Shown in pieces: positions 63,150 through 64,000 of a DNA stretch of 64,000 bases. The stretch covers positions 130,014,001 through 130,078,000 of the forward strand of contig NC_042999.1 of assembly GCF_006345805.1 (NCBI RefSeq), in the 5' to 3' direction. The notes under the pieces were generated by a model. The model was not told the origin of the DNA. It did no database searches and worked only from the letters and a program-made list of their open reading frames with translations. Every line of letters begins with the position of its first letter. Positions within the stretch are counted from its first letter, which is position 1. This DNA comes from Octopus sinensis. Its lineage: Eukaryota. Made by a program: the position numbers and the translations under genes.

Positions 63150-64000
63150 CCTTAGAAGATGGTTTCCACCATCTGCTTAATTATCTCGGATGGGTTAAGA
63201 ATGAAACACATTTGTTGTCCGGCTTACCCAGCGAAAAACTAGCGGCGTTCCAACCAGTTTGCTGTCTTGACGTACCATAAGGTCCAGGAGATAGAAGGCA
63301 TCGTAGTTCCGATTAGGCAAGTGGTCGGGCGATCCGATGAGTATGCAGATAACAGTTATGGTGTCGATAGAAACTAGGTTTGGGGATGAAATTATAACTT
63401 CAATACTAGCCTGGTTACTGCGCGGTGCCGGGTGAAAAGCCTGAATTCTTAGAAAGAGAAACACTGTGAACAGTCAATATTAAATACTGATATAATATCA
63501 AATACTGATATAATCACAAGACATGAATACCATTTGAATCTTGAAGTGTTAGCGAAGTACGACGATATACTACATTACATTGCACACACATACACATGCC
63601 CATACACACACGCACACGTGCGCGCGTGAAGAAACAGCCACACGCATGTACGCGCACAAACGTGTAAGCTGCTGCACTTGCAATTTCATCTGTCTGTCAT
63701 TAATGAATTCAATCCAGTTAATTTTGCTGTATATAAATATGTATAAGGTGACCAAAATGTTTGCGCGTGAAAAAATATCACGTTGGAAAACTTAATCAGA
63801 ATAAAAATGATTCCAAGGATGAATATTTTAACTGAAATACTCTCTGATGTTTCTTTTTATTCTTGCAAGAACATTCTGTAATGAACATTTCTATCTGGTA
63901 TCTTCACTCCTGTTATCCTTCTCAAAGAAGAAAAATCTTACCTGCAGTTCTACGACTCCTCCCCCATATTATTCCTCATAGAAACTGCAACCGATTATTT

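Noticed and set aside
63195-63464. Minus ORF with IISSPNL..GSPDHLP, like an APE endonuclease C-terminus
   Set aside because: Similarity too weak and isolated to call.

Overview
AT-rich, intron-rich animal genomic DNA. The SINE/RTE repeat families and long TA/GA microsatellites are most consistent with an Octopus (coleoid cephalopod) genome; this is an inference, not a database match. The main feature is a complete plus-strand thioredoxin-glutathione reductase (TGR, TXNRD3-like) selenoprotein gene. I assembled it by hand from 18 GT-AG coding exons (29781-56206; 1785 nt, 594 aa). It has an N-terminal glutaredoxin domain (CPFC), the GxGxxG FAD motif, the CVNVGC redox centre, the HPTxxE motif, a C-terminal GCUG with an in-frame Sec UGA (56198-56200), and a type II SECIS in the 3' UTR. 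A probable non-coding first exon and promoter lie near 19.9-20.0 kb. A probable first coding exon of an unidentified minus-strand gene lies at 9960-10029. The rest is mostly transposon debris: mariner, hAT/MITEs with intact TSDs, Helitron, Tigger, RTE, CR1, Tx1/L1, CRE-like, SINEs, and an inverted Penelope-like element. The most unusual non-genic structure is that Penelope palindrome (17.8-19.0 kb). Its right arm carries a tRNA-like Pol III cassette followed by a minimal hammerhead ribozyme with an intact core. Several inverted repeats in the introns are candidate dsRNA/ADAR substrates.
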